A DNA stretch of 64,000 nucleotides from Planctomycetota bacterium. Lineage in GTDB: Bacteria; Planctomycetota; MHYJ01; WSZJ01. The stretch is taken from NCBI GenBank assembly GCA_038060895.1, contig JBBTCT010000016.1:4020-68019 (forward strand), given 5' to 3'. Below, piece by piece: positions 56,055 to 64,000 of the stretch. How positions within the stretch are numbered: the stretch's first letter is position 1; every line of letters begins with the position of its first letter. A model generated the notes under the pieces. That model worked only from the letters and a program-made list of their open reading frames with translations. It was not told the DNA's origin and made no database searches. The translations under genes and the position numbers were made by a program.

Positions 56055-57431
56055 TTAGCCCCCTATCTCCATCCCCAGCCGCTTCAGCTTCTTCCACAAC
56101 GTCACACGGCTCCACCCGAGCGCCTTCGCCGCCTCCGCCTTGTTCCCTCCCGCCGCACCCAACGCCGCTTCAATTCGCTTTCTCTCCGCATCGCCGACCT
56201 CCGTCACCGGCCGTCCCGCTCGCGCCTGCGGCTTCGATCGCACTTCGGCCGGCAAATCCAGCAGACGGATCCGGTCCCCATTCGCATTCACGAGCGCGTG
56301 CTCGATCGTGTTGCGGAGCTCGCGGATGTTCCCGGGCCAGGCGTGGGCCAGGAGGCGCTGAAGCGCCTCTTTCGCAATTCCGCCCACGTTTTTCTTCATC
56401 GTCGCGGAGATCTCCTTGCGGAAAATCTCTGCGAGCAGCGGAATGTCTTCCCGCCGGTCGCGCAGGGGAGGGAGCGCGATCTCGAAAACGCGGATGCGGT
56501 AGTAGAAGTCGTCGCGGATCGCGCCGGTCTTCAGCGCCGCCGCGAGATCGCGGTTGGTCGCCGTCACGACCCGCACGTCGATCTTGCGCGTCCGTTCGTC
56601 CCCGACCCGCCGCACCTCGCGCTCCTGCAGCGCCCGCAGCAGCTTCACCTGGATCATCGGTGGAACCTCGCCGATCTCGTCGAGGAAGAGCGTCCCTTTG
56701 TCGGCCGCTTCGAACAACCCGGTCTTGTCTCGGGCGGCGCCCGTGAACGCGCCTTTGACGAATCCGAAGAGTTCGCTTTCCAGGAGTGTTTCGGGGATCG
56801 CCGAGCAGTTCACCGTGATGAGCGGCCCGCCCTTCCGCGCGGACAACTCGTGAATCGCGCGCGCCGCGAGCTCCTTCCCGGTCCCCGACTCGCCCGTCAG
56901 CAGCACGGTCACGTCGCTCTGGGCCGCGAGCCTGAGCCGACGGAAGACTTCCTGCATCGGAGCGCTCTTCCCGACCATCTTCCCGAACGCGTCGCGCCGG
57001 CCGGCCTGTTCTTCCAGGAGCGCGATCTTCTCGTTGGCTGCCACGAAGGACGTCAGGTCGCTGAACGTCCCCACGGCCCCCGCGATGGCGCCCTTCTCGT
57101 CCTTCAGCACCCTCACGTTTCCGTGCAGAAGCAGCTCGCGGCCGTCCTTCGCGAGGAACTTGCACTCCTGCTCGCAGATTCCGGCCGGGGCCTGTTCCGG
57201 AGAAGAGAGCAGGTCCGCCAGCGTCGCGAATCCCTTGCAGTTGGGGCCCTGAAGAAGCGTACACGGCTTGCCCACGACCTCGGACGCGGGAAACCCCGTG
57301 ATTCGTTCGGCGCCTTCGCTCCAGCCGGCGAACGTTCCGCGGGCGTCCACGGTGAATACTCCGTCGGCCATCGCGTCGACGATCGACGCAAGCACGCGGG
57401 GATCCTTGCGAAAATCGAGTTCCATGGTCAC
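56055..57431 (-). CDS. PAS-domain sigma54-dependent transcriptional activator
   Basis: PAS, GESGTGKE, ESELFG, GAFTGA, LFLDE, WPGNIREL, Fis-type HTH. Confidence 0.95.
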   Translation of the reverse strand: MTMELDFRKDPRVLASIVDAMADGVFTVDARGTFAGWSEGAERITGFPASEVVGKPCTLLQGPNCKGFATLADLLSSPEQAPAGICEQECKFLAKDGRELLLHGNVRVLKDEKGAIAGAVGTFSDLTSFVAANEKIALLEEQAGRRDAFGKMVGKSAPMQEVFRRLRLAAQSDVTVLLTGESGTGKELAARAIHELSARKGGPLITVNCSAIPETLLESELFGFVKGAFTGAARDKTGLFEAADKGTLFLDEIGEVPPMIQVKLLRALQEREVRRVGDERTRKIDVRVVTATNRDLAAALKTGAIRDDFYYRIRVFEIALPPLRDRREDIPLLAEIFRKEISATMKKNVGGIAKEALQRLLAHAWPGNIRELRNTIEHALVNANGDRIRLLDLPAEVRSKPQARAGRPVTEVGDAERKRIEAALGAAGGNKAEAAKALGWSRVTLWKKLKRLGMEIGG

Positions 57432-58237
57432 GGCAGCGTGAACTCGATGTCCCTGGTGACCGTCGCACCGCCGAGGTGATCGCGGACCGTCGCGTGAAGC
57501 ACCCAGCTCCCGTTCGCGTCCTCCCCCTTCAGCGTGAACGTGTCCGTGAACGTCGCCGCCGCCGCATTGCCTTCTCCGTCGATCGTCTTGAAGTCGGCGT
57601 TTTTGATCTCCTGCCCCTTCGGTCCCTTGAGCAGGATCCCGTGAGTGGCCGCTATCCGCTTGTTCGCGCCGCGCGCTTCCGATTTCAGGCCGTGCACTTC
57701 GAAGTTCACGGTGACCTCGAACCCGCCTTCGATTTTCTTCTTCTGGATATCGACGTTTCTGAATTCCGGCGAGCCTTCCGGCGGCGGCGCTTCCGCGACC
57801 GCTCCGTAAGTCGTCGCCTCGATCTTCAGGCCCACGACCTTCCAGCCGTCTTTGTCCGCGAGCTGGAGCTCGACCGCGCGCGTCTTGCCGTCCTTCCCGG
57901 GCAGGGCGACGTTCACGCGGCCCAGCGTCACGCCGTTCTTCGTCTCAATGAAGCGCCCCGTGACCGTCCACCCGGTGCCCCAGGTGCCCGGTTCCCGGAG
58001 CAGTTCCTCGACGGGCACCCCCGGGTCGCACAGCCCCTTAGCCTTCGCCGCGTCGCCACCCGACATCGCCTGCAGAAACTCCTCCCCGGCCTTCACCGGC
58101 GCGGCCGTGACTTTGACGATCGCGAAGAGGCATCCGCCGATGAGCAGGCCTCCCAGCATCATGACGCCGACGCAACCGATGACGATCCACTTCAGCGGAC
58201 TGCTGCGGGGCGGCGGGGCCTGCTGCATCATCACCAT
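57428..58237 (-). CDS. Single-TM hypothetical protein (NTF2-like + Ig-like domains), paralogue A
   Basis: Pro-rich N-terminus, IGC TM, EEFLQAMSGGD, GKDGKTR, C-terminal DIEFTLP. Confidence 0.75.
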   Translation of the reverse strand: MVMMQQAPPPRSSPLKWIVIGCVGVMMLGGLLIGGCLFAIVKVTAAPVKAGEEFLQAMSGGDAAKAKGLCDPGVPVEELLREPGTWGTGWTVTGRFIETKNGVTLGRVNVALPGKDGKTRAVELQLADKDGWKVVGLKIEATTYGAVAEAPPPEGSPEFRNVDIQKKKIEGGFEVTVNFEVHGLKSEARGANKRIAATHGILLKGPKGQEIKNADFKTIDGEGNAAAATFTDTFTLKGEDANGSWVLHATVRDHLGGATVTRDIEFTLP

Positions 58238-58358
58238 GGCGTTCTCCCGGGCCGGTCGAGGGGAAGCGCGCCCAGGCCGGCCGGCCCCGGGCGTGCCCGA
58301 ATGATGAATCGAACGACGGGGCGGATTGTAACTCCCGATTCCGTTACGCCGGGAATCG

Positions 58359-59159
58359 TCACGGCAGCGTGATCTCGATGTCCTTCTCGGCCGCGAGAAA
58401 GCTCTTCCGGTCCGTGATCGTTTCGTGAAGGACGTACCTTCCCCCGGCGCCGCCGGGTCTGACGGTGAGCTTGTGCGTGAACGCGTGGACGCCCGGGGGG
58501 TCTTCGCGGACTTCCGTCGTCGTTTCCATCCGGTAGGGCTCGTCGCCCGCAGGACCGCGCAGGACAATCGCGTGCACGACGGAGGCCCACTTGCCGTCGC
58601 TGCGCGTCTCGGTCTTCAGCGAGGAGACCGTGAAGGTCACTTCCAGATCCCAGCTGCCGCCGAACCCCGTCTTCCGGACCTCGACGTCGCGGATTTCGGG
58701 CATCGACATTCCGGCCGGAAGCTCAGCAGGGCCAAACGAAGATCGCCCATCGATCTTCATCTCGTCCACGCGCCAGTCCACGAAGCGCGACACCCGGAAT
58801 TCGACGGTCCGCGTCTTCCCGTCCCGGCCCTTGACTCGAGCCTCGACCCGCGCGACTTCCTTTCCGCCTTCCTCGCCGCGCGAACGCTCTTCGACTGCCC
58901 ACTCCGCCCCCCACGCCGGCCCCTCCAGCGCGAGCGCGGCCTCAATCGGCACACCCGAGGCCGGACCGCAGGCCATGCGTGCCGCGCCCGCGTCTCCCCG
59001 GTTCATCGCTTCGAGGAATTCCTCCGCGGCGCCCGTGGGCGAGCCTTCGAACCGGCGGAACATGGACAGGGCCGCGGCCGGGATGCCGGCGAAAATGAGA
59101 AGCGCGATGCCGCAGCCGACGAACGCTTTCAGCCGGGATTGCGGGGGTGCGGGGGCCAT
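58359..59159 (-). CDS. Single-TM hypothetical protein, paralogue B
   Basis: VGC TM, EEFLEAMNRGD, GRDGKTR, C-terminal DIEITLP. Confidence 0.75.
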   Translation of the reverse strand: MAPAPPQSRLKAFVGCGIALLIFAGIPAAALSMFRRFEGSPTGAAEEFLEAMNRGDAGAARMACGPASGVPIEAALALEGPAWGAEWAVEERSRGEEGGKEVARVEARVKGRDGKTRTVEFRVSRFVDWRVDEMKIDGRSSFGPAELPAGMSMPEIRDVEVRKTGFGGSWDLEVTFTVSSLKTETRSDGKWASVVHAIVLRGPAGDEPYRMETTTEVREDPPGVHAFTHKLTVRPGGAGGRYVLHETITDRKSFLAAEKDIEITLP

Positions 59160-59231
59160 GAAGCGTGGAAGTGTAACGCGGGCGCGAAAGGCGCGCTTGG
59201 TCCGGCGGAAGTCGGCGTTTATGCTGAGGCG

Positions 59232-59867
59232 ATGCGCCGCGCCGTCTTCGCCCTGCTCCTGACCGCCTCCTGCGCGCCGCCGGAGGCCACGACGCCCGCG
59301 CCCAAGGCGAACGAACCGGACCCTCCCCCCGCCGCCTCGACCTGGCAACCCGCCGAGGGCCGCGAGATGCTCGGCACCCCGGCGCCCGAGTTCTCCGGGC
59401 TCAGCGATTGGACGAACTCGGAGCCCTTCACCCTCGCCGCCCTCCGCGGCAAAGCCGTCCTCGTCCGCTTCTGGACCACCGGCTGCTCCCTCTGCCGCCA
59501 CACCGCCCCCGCGCTCAACGACCTCGACCGGCGCTTCCGCGGGAAAGGCCTCGTCGTGCTCGGCATCCATCACCCGAAGGAGCCGGCGTCGCGTGAGGCG
59601 GCGTACTGGCGCTCGGCGGCGCAGAGGTACGGATTCACGTTCGCGCTCGCGCAGGACCAGGAGTGGGCCACGGTGAACTCGTGGTGGCTCGAGCGCGAGA
59701 CGAAGCACTCGTTCACGAGCGCGACATTCCTCGTCGACCGCTCCGGCGTCATCCGGTGGCTTCACCCGGGCGGGGAGTTTTTCGACGCGGAAGGGGAGCC
59801 CGGCGATGCGTACCGTTCGCTGCTCACGGCGGTCGAGAAGGCCGTCGCGGGGGAGGCGGTGAAATGA
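59232..59867 (+). CDS. TlpA-like thioredoxin-fold lipoprotein
   Basis: Lipobox TASC, PAPEF, LRGKAVLVRFWTTGCSLC, TFLVDRSGVIR. Confidence 0.9.
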   Translation: MRRAVFALLLTASCAPPEATTPAPKANEPDPPPAASTWQPAEGREMLGTPAPEFSGLSDWTNSEPFTLAALRGKAVLVRFWTTGCSLCRHTAPALNDLDRRFRGKGLVVLGIHHPKEPASREAAYWRSAAQRYGFTFALAQDQEWATVNSWWLERETKHSFTSATFLVDRSGVIRWLHPGGEFFDAEGEPGDAYRSLLTAVEKAVAGEAVK

Positions 59868-59919
59868 CGCGATGCGTCAATCGGACTGTCGCAGTGCGTC
59901 ACACCGGCGCGACCCCGGT

Positions 59920-60279
59920 ATGAGCCTCGCTGACCTTCCGCAGATCGACTCCGTCGTATTCCGCACGCGCGACCTGGCAGAGGTGCGCCGATGGTACGAA
60001 CTCGTCCTCGGCCTGCGGGTCGGCACTTTTGAGCGCGACGGAATCACGGTGCGGGACGCCGATGCGCGCTACGTGAACTTTCAGTCGGGAAACACGCTGA
60101 TCGGGTTCGAAACAGGCAACGAAGTCGACCGCGCCCGGCTGGTTTTCATCGTTGGCGACCTCGAGCAGACAAAACGCGAAGTGACAGCCCGAGGAGCCAT
60201 CATTTCCCTCCAGCGAGACAACTGGTTCATCGTCCGCGATCCCGAGGGTCGCGAAGTCCTTCTGCAGCAGAGGAGCTAG
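59920..60279 (+). CDS. VOC/glyoxalase family protein
   Basis: RDL....WY..VLG and RDPEG motifs. Confidence 0.8.
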   Translation: MSLADLPQIDSVVFRTRDLAEVRRWYELVLGLRVGTFERDGITVRDADARYVNFQSGNTLIGFETGNEVDRARLVFIVGDLEQTKREVTARGAIISLQRDNWFIVRDPEGREVLLQQRS

Positions 60280-60852
60280 CTAACGCTTCGCCGCCGCTTC
60301 TTCCGCGCGGCTGATCTGCTCGACGAATTCCGCCACGAGGGCGATGTCTTCCTCGGCGACGACCGAAGCGGCGCTCGGCGACTCGAGCGATTTCTTGAGC
60401 TTCATCGCGCGGTTGAGCGATTCGGTGGCCGCCTTTTTCTGTTCCCCGGTCGCGTCCGGGTTCAGGATCGTCTCCGTCGCCATCTTGATCTGGAAATCAA
60501 GATTGCCTCCCGATGAATTCGCGATCTCGCGCTTCATCCAGGCGAGTTTCGCGAGCATCACGCGGCGGCGGGCCTCGGCATATTCGGCGAAGTCCTTGAA
60601 ACCGTACTTCTGCGCAAAGGCTTCCGATCGACGCAGCGAAGCGGCGTCGGCGCCGGTACCGGAGGATGGACCGGACTCCGGTTTCGGGAGGTCGGGATCG
60701 AGGAGGGAGGCGACATAGGAGGTGACGATCGGGCGGGTGAGCGCGGGGGCGAGGCGCGACGGTGGGGAGGGAGGCGCCGGTTGCGGCGGCGGCGGGGGAG
60801 CCTTGCCGCAGGACGGCAGGAAGAGGAGAAGGAGCAGGAGGAGGCGGGCCAC
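60280..60852 (-). CDS. Hypothetical lipoprotein
   Basis: LPSC lipobox, Pro-rich linker, QKYGFKDFAEY. Confidence 0.7.
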   Translation of the reverse strand: MARLLLLLLLFLPSCGKAPPPPPQPAPPSPPSRLAPALTRPIVTSYVASLLDPDLPKPESGPSSGTGADAASLRRSEAFAQKYGFKDFAEYAEARRRVMLAKLAWMKREIANSSGGNLDFQIKMATETILNPDATGEQKKAATESLNRAMKLKKSLESPSAASVVAEEDIALVAEFVEQISRAEEAAAKR

Positions 60853-60944
60853 AGGCGCATCATATCCGCTACAATTTCCCGCCCTTCAGACCCGTTGTTG
60901 TTGAAGGCAGTTCCCCGGCCACCGCACAAAGAGGAGTCCAAACG

Positions 60945-62240
60945 ATGCGCTTCACCGTGATCCCGCTGATCTCCTTGCTCGCGCTCGCCGGCGCCGCTTC
61001 CGCGCAGGAACTCGATTTCAACCAGAAGCAGGCGGTGGACCGGCAGGAGCGGAATCTCAAGGAAGCGCAGGGGAAGCTGAAAGCTCTTCAGGACGGCTAC
61101 GCTGCGGAGTGGGAGAAACTGAAGGCGCCGGAGACGATGGTCCCGCCGGCGTGGTTCAAGGGAAACATGGCGAAGGGGGACGAGGTTCTCAAGAAGTGCG
61201 ACGGCATGGTGTCGGACCTGGAAAAGAGCAAGTGCCCGCCGGACAACGCGCGAGTGAAGGCGATCACGGACTGGGTGACGCAGGCTCGGGCCGATGTCGC
61301 GAAATTGAACGCAGAGATGGCGCCGAAGCTGGCGGAGATGGAGACGCTGGCGAACCCGAAGAACTATCCGAACCTCGACGCGGACTTCAAGCAGATCGAC
61401 ACGGTGGCGAAGGCGTACGCGTTCAAGGGATTCCAGTCGAACCCGGACAAGGTCGCGGAACTGGCCAAGGAATTCGCGCAGGCCGTGACGTGGGGGAACG
61501 AGAAATTCAAGGAGTACCGGCCGATCATGGTGCTTTCGGGCGGCAAGAGCAGCCCGCTCTTCAAGAAGTACGAAGCGATGTCGAACGCGATCAAGGGGTT
61601 CCAGACCGAGGCGGGGGAGTATTTCAAGAAGGCGGAAGCGGAGGTCCCGGCGCTTCTGAAGAAGGCGGAAGAGATGGCGGCGAAGGCGGCGGCAGAGAAG
61701 AAGCCGGCATTTTTCACCGGCGGGGTGCAGCAGCAGTTCGACTGGGCCGAGAACTACATGAAGGTGTGCCGGGCGCTGGTTCCTGCGGACGACGAGCGGC
61801 TGGTGAAGATGGAGTCGGCGTGGGCGGCATCGAAGAAGAAGGTGGACGAGCAGGCGGGGACGCTGAAGGAACTGATTGTTGCGGAGACGCGGCCGCCGGA
61901 TGAGAAGTACAGCGGTGCGGACAAGGAAGAGATCCGGGCGAAGGTGATGGAGGAATGGAAGAAAGCGTGGCCGAAGGACGAAGTGATGATGATCCGGATG
62001 CACATGGCGAACTTCGACCGGCGGGAAAAGGCGACGTGGGATTCGGGGTCGAAGTCGTGGGAGTTTTCGGACCGGTCGGTGCTGTGCGTGACGGTGATCG
62101 TGAAGACGAGCGACAAGATTGCGACGAGTTATCCGGCGTACGTGAACGTGAATCACATTTCGAAGGCGACGACGTACGGGGTGGGGACGAAGGGGAACGA
62201 GTACGTGACGCGGGAGATGCTGGTGGAGAATGTGAAGTAG
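60945..62240 (+). CDS. Exported alpha-helical hypothetical protein with C-terminal beta domain
   Basis: GAGGAG RBS, signal peptide ending ASA, long helical region. Confidence 0.8.
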   Translation: MRFTVIPLISLLALAGAASAQELDFNQKQAVDRQERNLKEAQGKLKALQDGYAAEWEKLKAPETMVPPAWFKGNMAKGDEVLKKCDGMVSDLEKSKCPPDNARVKAITDWVTQARADVAKLNAEMAPKLAEMETLANPKNYPNLDADFKQIDTVAKAYAFKGFQSNPDKVAELAKEFAQAVTWGNEKFKEYRPIMVLSGGKSSPLFKKYEAMSNAIKGFQTEAGEYFKKAEAEVPALLKKAEEMAAKAAAEKKPAFFTGGVQQQFDWAENYMKVCRALVPADDERLVKMESAWAASKKKVDEQAGTLKELIVAETRPPDEKYSGADKEEIRAKVMEEWKKAWPKDEVMMIRMHMANFDRREKATWDSGSKSWEFSDRSVLCVTVIVKTSDKIATSYPAYVNVNHISKATTYGVGTKGNEYVTREMLVENVK

Positions 62241-62279
62241 CGAATGGTTCTTCGGCGGGAGTCGAAGTTGCCCCTGCCG

Positions 62280-62329
62280 TTGCCCTCGCCCACCGCACGA
62301 GGGACCCCTTGTGAGGTGGGCAAGGGCAA
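62280..62329. terminator. Long imperfect hairpin between convergent genes
   Basis: TTGCCCTCGCCCACCGCACGAGG...CCTTGTGAGGTGGGCAAGGGCAA. Confidence 0.55.
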
Positions 62330-62357
62330 AGGAAACTGCCCGGCGGTTGGCCGAGGC

Positions 62358-64000
62358 TTACGTCTTCGCCAGCTTCTTGTACTTGATCCGCCTCGGGTTC
62401 TCCGCGTCGTCGCCGACTTCCTCGCGCCGCTTGGCCATGTAGGCCTGGTAGTTCCCCTCGAACCACCGCACTTTTCCATCCCCCTCGAACGCGAGGATGT
62501 GCGTCGCGATCCGGTCGAGGAACCAGCGGTCGTGGCTGACGACGATCGCGCATCCGGCGAAGCTGAGCAGCCCTTCCTCCAGCGCCCGCAACGTATCGAC
62601 GTCGAGGTCGTTGGACGGCTCGTCGAGGATGATCAGGTTCCCGCCGCTCTTGAGCAGTTTCGCGATCTGCACGCGGTTGCGCTCTCCTCCGGACAGCTCG
62701 CCGACGACTTTCTGCTGGTCCGTGCCCTTGAAATTGAACTTGCCGACGTATGCGCGGCTGTTCATCCACTTGCCGCCGGCCTTGAACTGGTCCTGGCCGC
62801 CTGAAATTTCCTGGTAGACCGTGTTCTCCGCCGCGAGCGTCTCGCGATTCTGATCGACGTAGGCGAGCTGCACGCTCGGACCGACGGTCAGAGTGCCGGA
62901 GTCCGGCTTTTCTTTCCCCACGATCATCCTCATCAGCGTCGTCTTGCCGGCGCCGTTGGGGCCGATCACGCCGATGATTCCTCCCGGCGGAAGGCTCAGC
63001 GTGAGCCCGTCGATCAGCACCCGGTCCCCGTACGCCTTCTTGAGGTCCTTCGTCTCCAGCACCTGGTTTCCCAGCTTCGGCCCCGCCGGGATTCTCAACT
63101 CCAGCTCGTCCGCCTTTTCCCCCGAATCCTGCTCGAGCAGGCGCTCGTACGCCTCAATGCGCGCCTTCGGCTTCGCCTGCCTCGCCCGCGGCGACATGCG
63201 GATCCACTCCAGCTCCCGGCCCAGCGTCCGCTGCCGCTGCTCCTCCGCCTTCTCTTCCAGCTCCAGCCGCTTCTTCTTCTGCTCCAGCCACGACGTGTAG
63301 TTCCCCTGCCACGGGATTCCCCGGCCCCGGTCGAGCTCCAGGATGTACCCCGCAACGTTGTCGAGGAAGTACCGGTCGTGCGTGACCGCGATCACGGTGC
63401 CCTTGAATTCCTTCAGGAAGCGCTCAAGCCATGCGACGGACAGCGCGTCGAGGTGGTTCGTGGGCTCGTCGAGGAGAAGGAGGTCGGGGGTCTTGAGAAG
63501 CGTGCAGCACAGCGCGACGCGCCGGCGCTCGCCGCCCGACAGCACCGCGATTTTCGCGTCCATCGGCGGCAGCTCCAGCGCTTCCGCAGCAATCTCGAGG
63601 TGCCGGTCGATTTCCCAGGCACTGCAGGCGTCGATTTTGTCCTGAAGCGTCTGCAACTGTTCGAGGGCGTGTTCCATTTCGTCGGGATCGAGTTTTCCCT
63701 CGAGCCGCGTCCCGACTTCCTCGTGCTTGCGCAGCAGTTCGTGCGTTTCGAACACGGCTTCGTCCAGGCAGCCCTTCACGTCCGTTTCCATGTTGAGCTG
63801 CGGCTCCTGCGGCACGAACCCGATCTTGCAGTTCGGCATGTGGTACAGGCTGCCCTCGAAGTCCGTGTCCTGCCCGGCCATGATGCGCAGCAGCGTGGAC
63901 TTTCCGGATCCGTTCGAGCCGAGCACGCCGATCTTCGCGCCGTAGTAGAAGGACAGCGTGATGTCCTTGATGACGACCTTCTTCTCGTACGCCTTGGACA
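62358..64000 (-). CDS. ettA: Energy-dependent translational throttle ABC-F ATPase (5' end outside window)
   Basis: LSFYYGAKIGVLGSNGSGKSTLLRIMAG, two LSGGE/DEP cassettes, ELEWIR..PRARQAK, RIKYKKL. Confidence 0.95.
   Translation of the reverse strand, partial: SKAYEKKVVIKDITLSFYYGAKIGVLGSNGSGKSTLLRIMAGQDTDFEGSLYHMPNCKIGFVPQEPQLNMETDVKGCLDEAVFETHELLRKHEEVGTRLEGKLDPDEMEHALEQLQTLQDKIDACSAWEIDRHLEIAAEALELPPMDAKIAVLSGGERRRVALCCTLLKTPDLLLLDEPTNHLDALSVAWLERFLKEFKGTVIAVTHDRYFLDNVAGYILELDRGRGIPWQGNYTSWLEQKKKRLELEEKAEEQRQRTLGRELEWIRMSPRARQAKPKARIEAYERLLEQDSGEKADELELRIPAGPKLGNQVLETKDLKKAYGDRVLIDGLTLSLPPGGIIGVIGPNGAGKTTLMRMIVGKEKPDSGTLTVGPSVQLAYVDQNRETLAAENTVYQEISGGQDQFKAGGKWMNSRAYVGKFNFKGTDQQKVVGELSGGERNRVQIAKLLKSGGNLIILDEPSNDLDVDTLRALEEGLLSFAGCAIVVSHDRWFLDRIATHILAFEGDGKVRWFEGNYQAYMAKRREEVGDDAENPRRIKYKKLAKT

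Noticed and set aside
1-64000. CRISPR array, tRNA/rRNA, integrase, transposase, reverse transcriptase
   Set aside because: No regularly spaced repeats with spacers, no cloverleaf or rRNA signatures, and no such protein motifs found by eye

Overview
High-GC bacterial chromosomal window. The gene content (many ECF sigma factors with long C-terminal extensions, HEAT-repeat and exported hypothetical proteins, the ispG N-terminus) suggests a Planctomycetota-like organism, but this is inference. About 60 CDS are supportable. Recognisable genes are a gamma-glutamyltransferase, two porins, a two-component pair, a vanadium haloperoxidase-like lipoprotein, queF, fabI, queE, ispG, two other radical SAM enzymes, a GT4/epimerase block, a PP2C phosphatase, a PemK/MazF toxin-antitoxin pair, NDH-2, oligoendopeptidase F, an ECF/FecR pair, rarD, a sigma54-controlled MBL-rhodanese/YeeE sulfur module and a partial ettA. 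No rRNA, tRNA, CRISPR array or transposase was seen. The most notable observations are: (1) a tandem array of three paralogous ECF sigma genes sharing a C-terminal domain I cannot assign; two are intact membrane-anchored fusions, two carry PDZ, the third is broken, and all three are preceded by the same CGGCGTCGT promoter-like box; (2) a SAM-II-like riboswitch coupled to an intrinsic terminator in front of three proteins of unknown function; (3) a candidate structured RNA with its own promoter and terminator between fabI and queE; (4) a second putative ECF promoter pair (TGTTAAC-N16/17-CGTC); (5) an ispG that appears to start at ACG. All family calls are by-eye motif recognition, and no searches were run.
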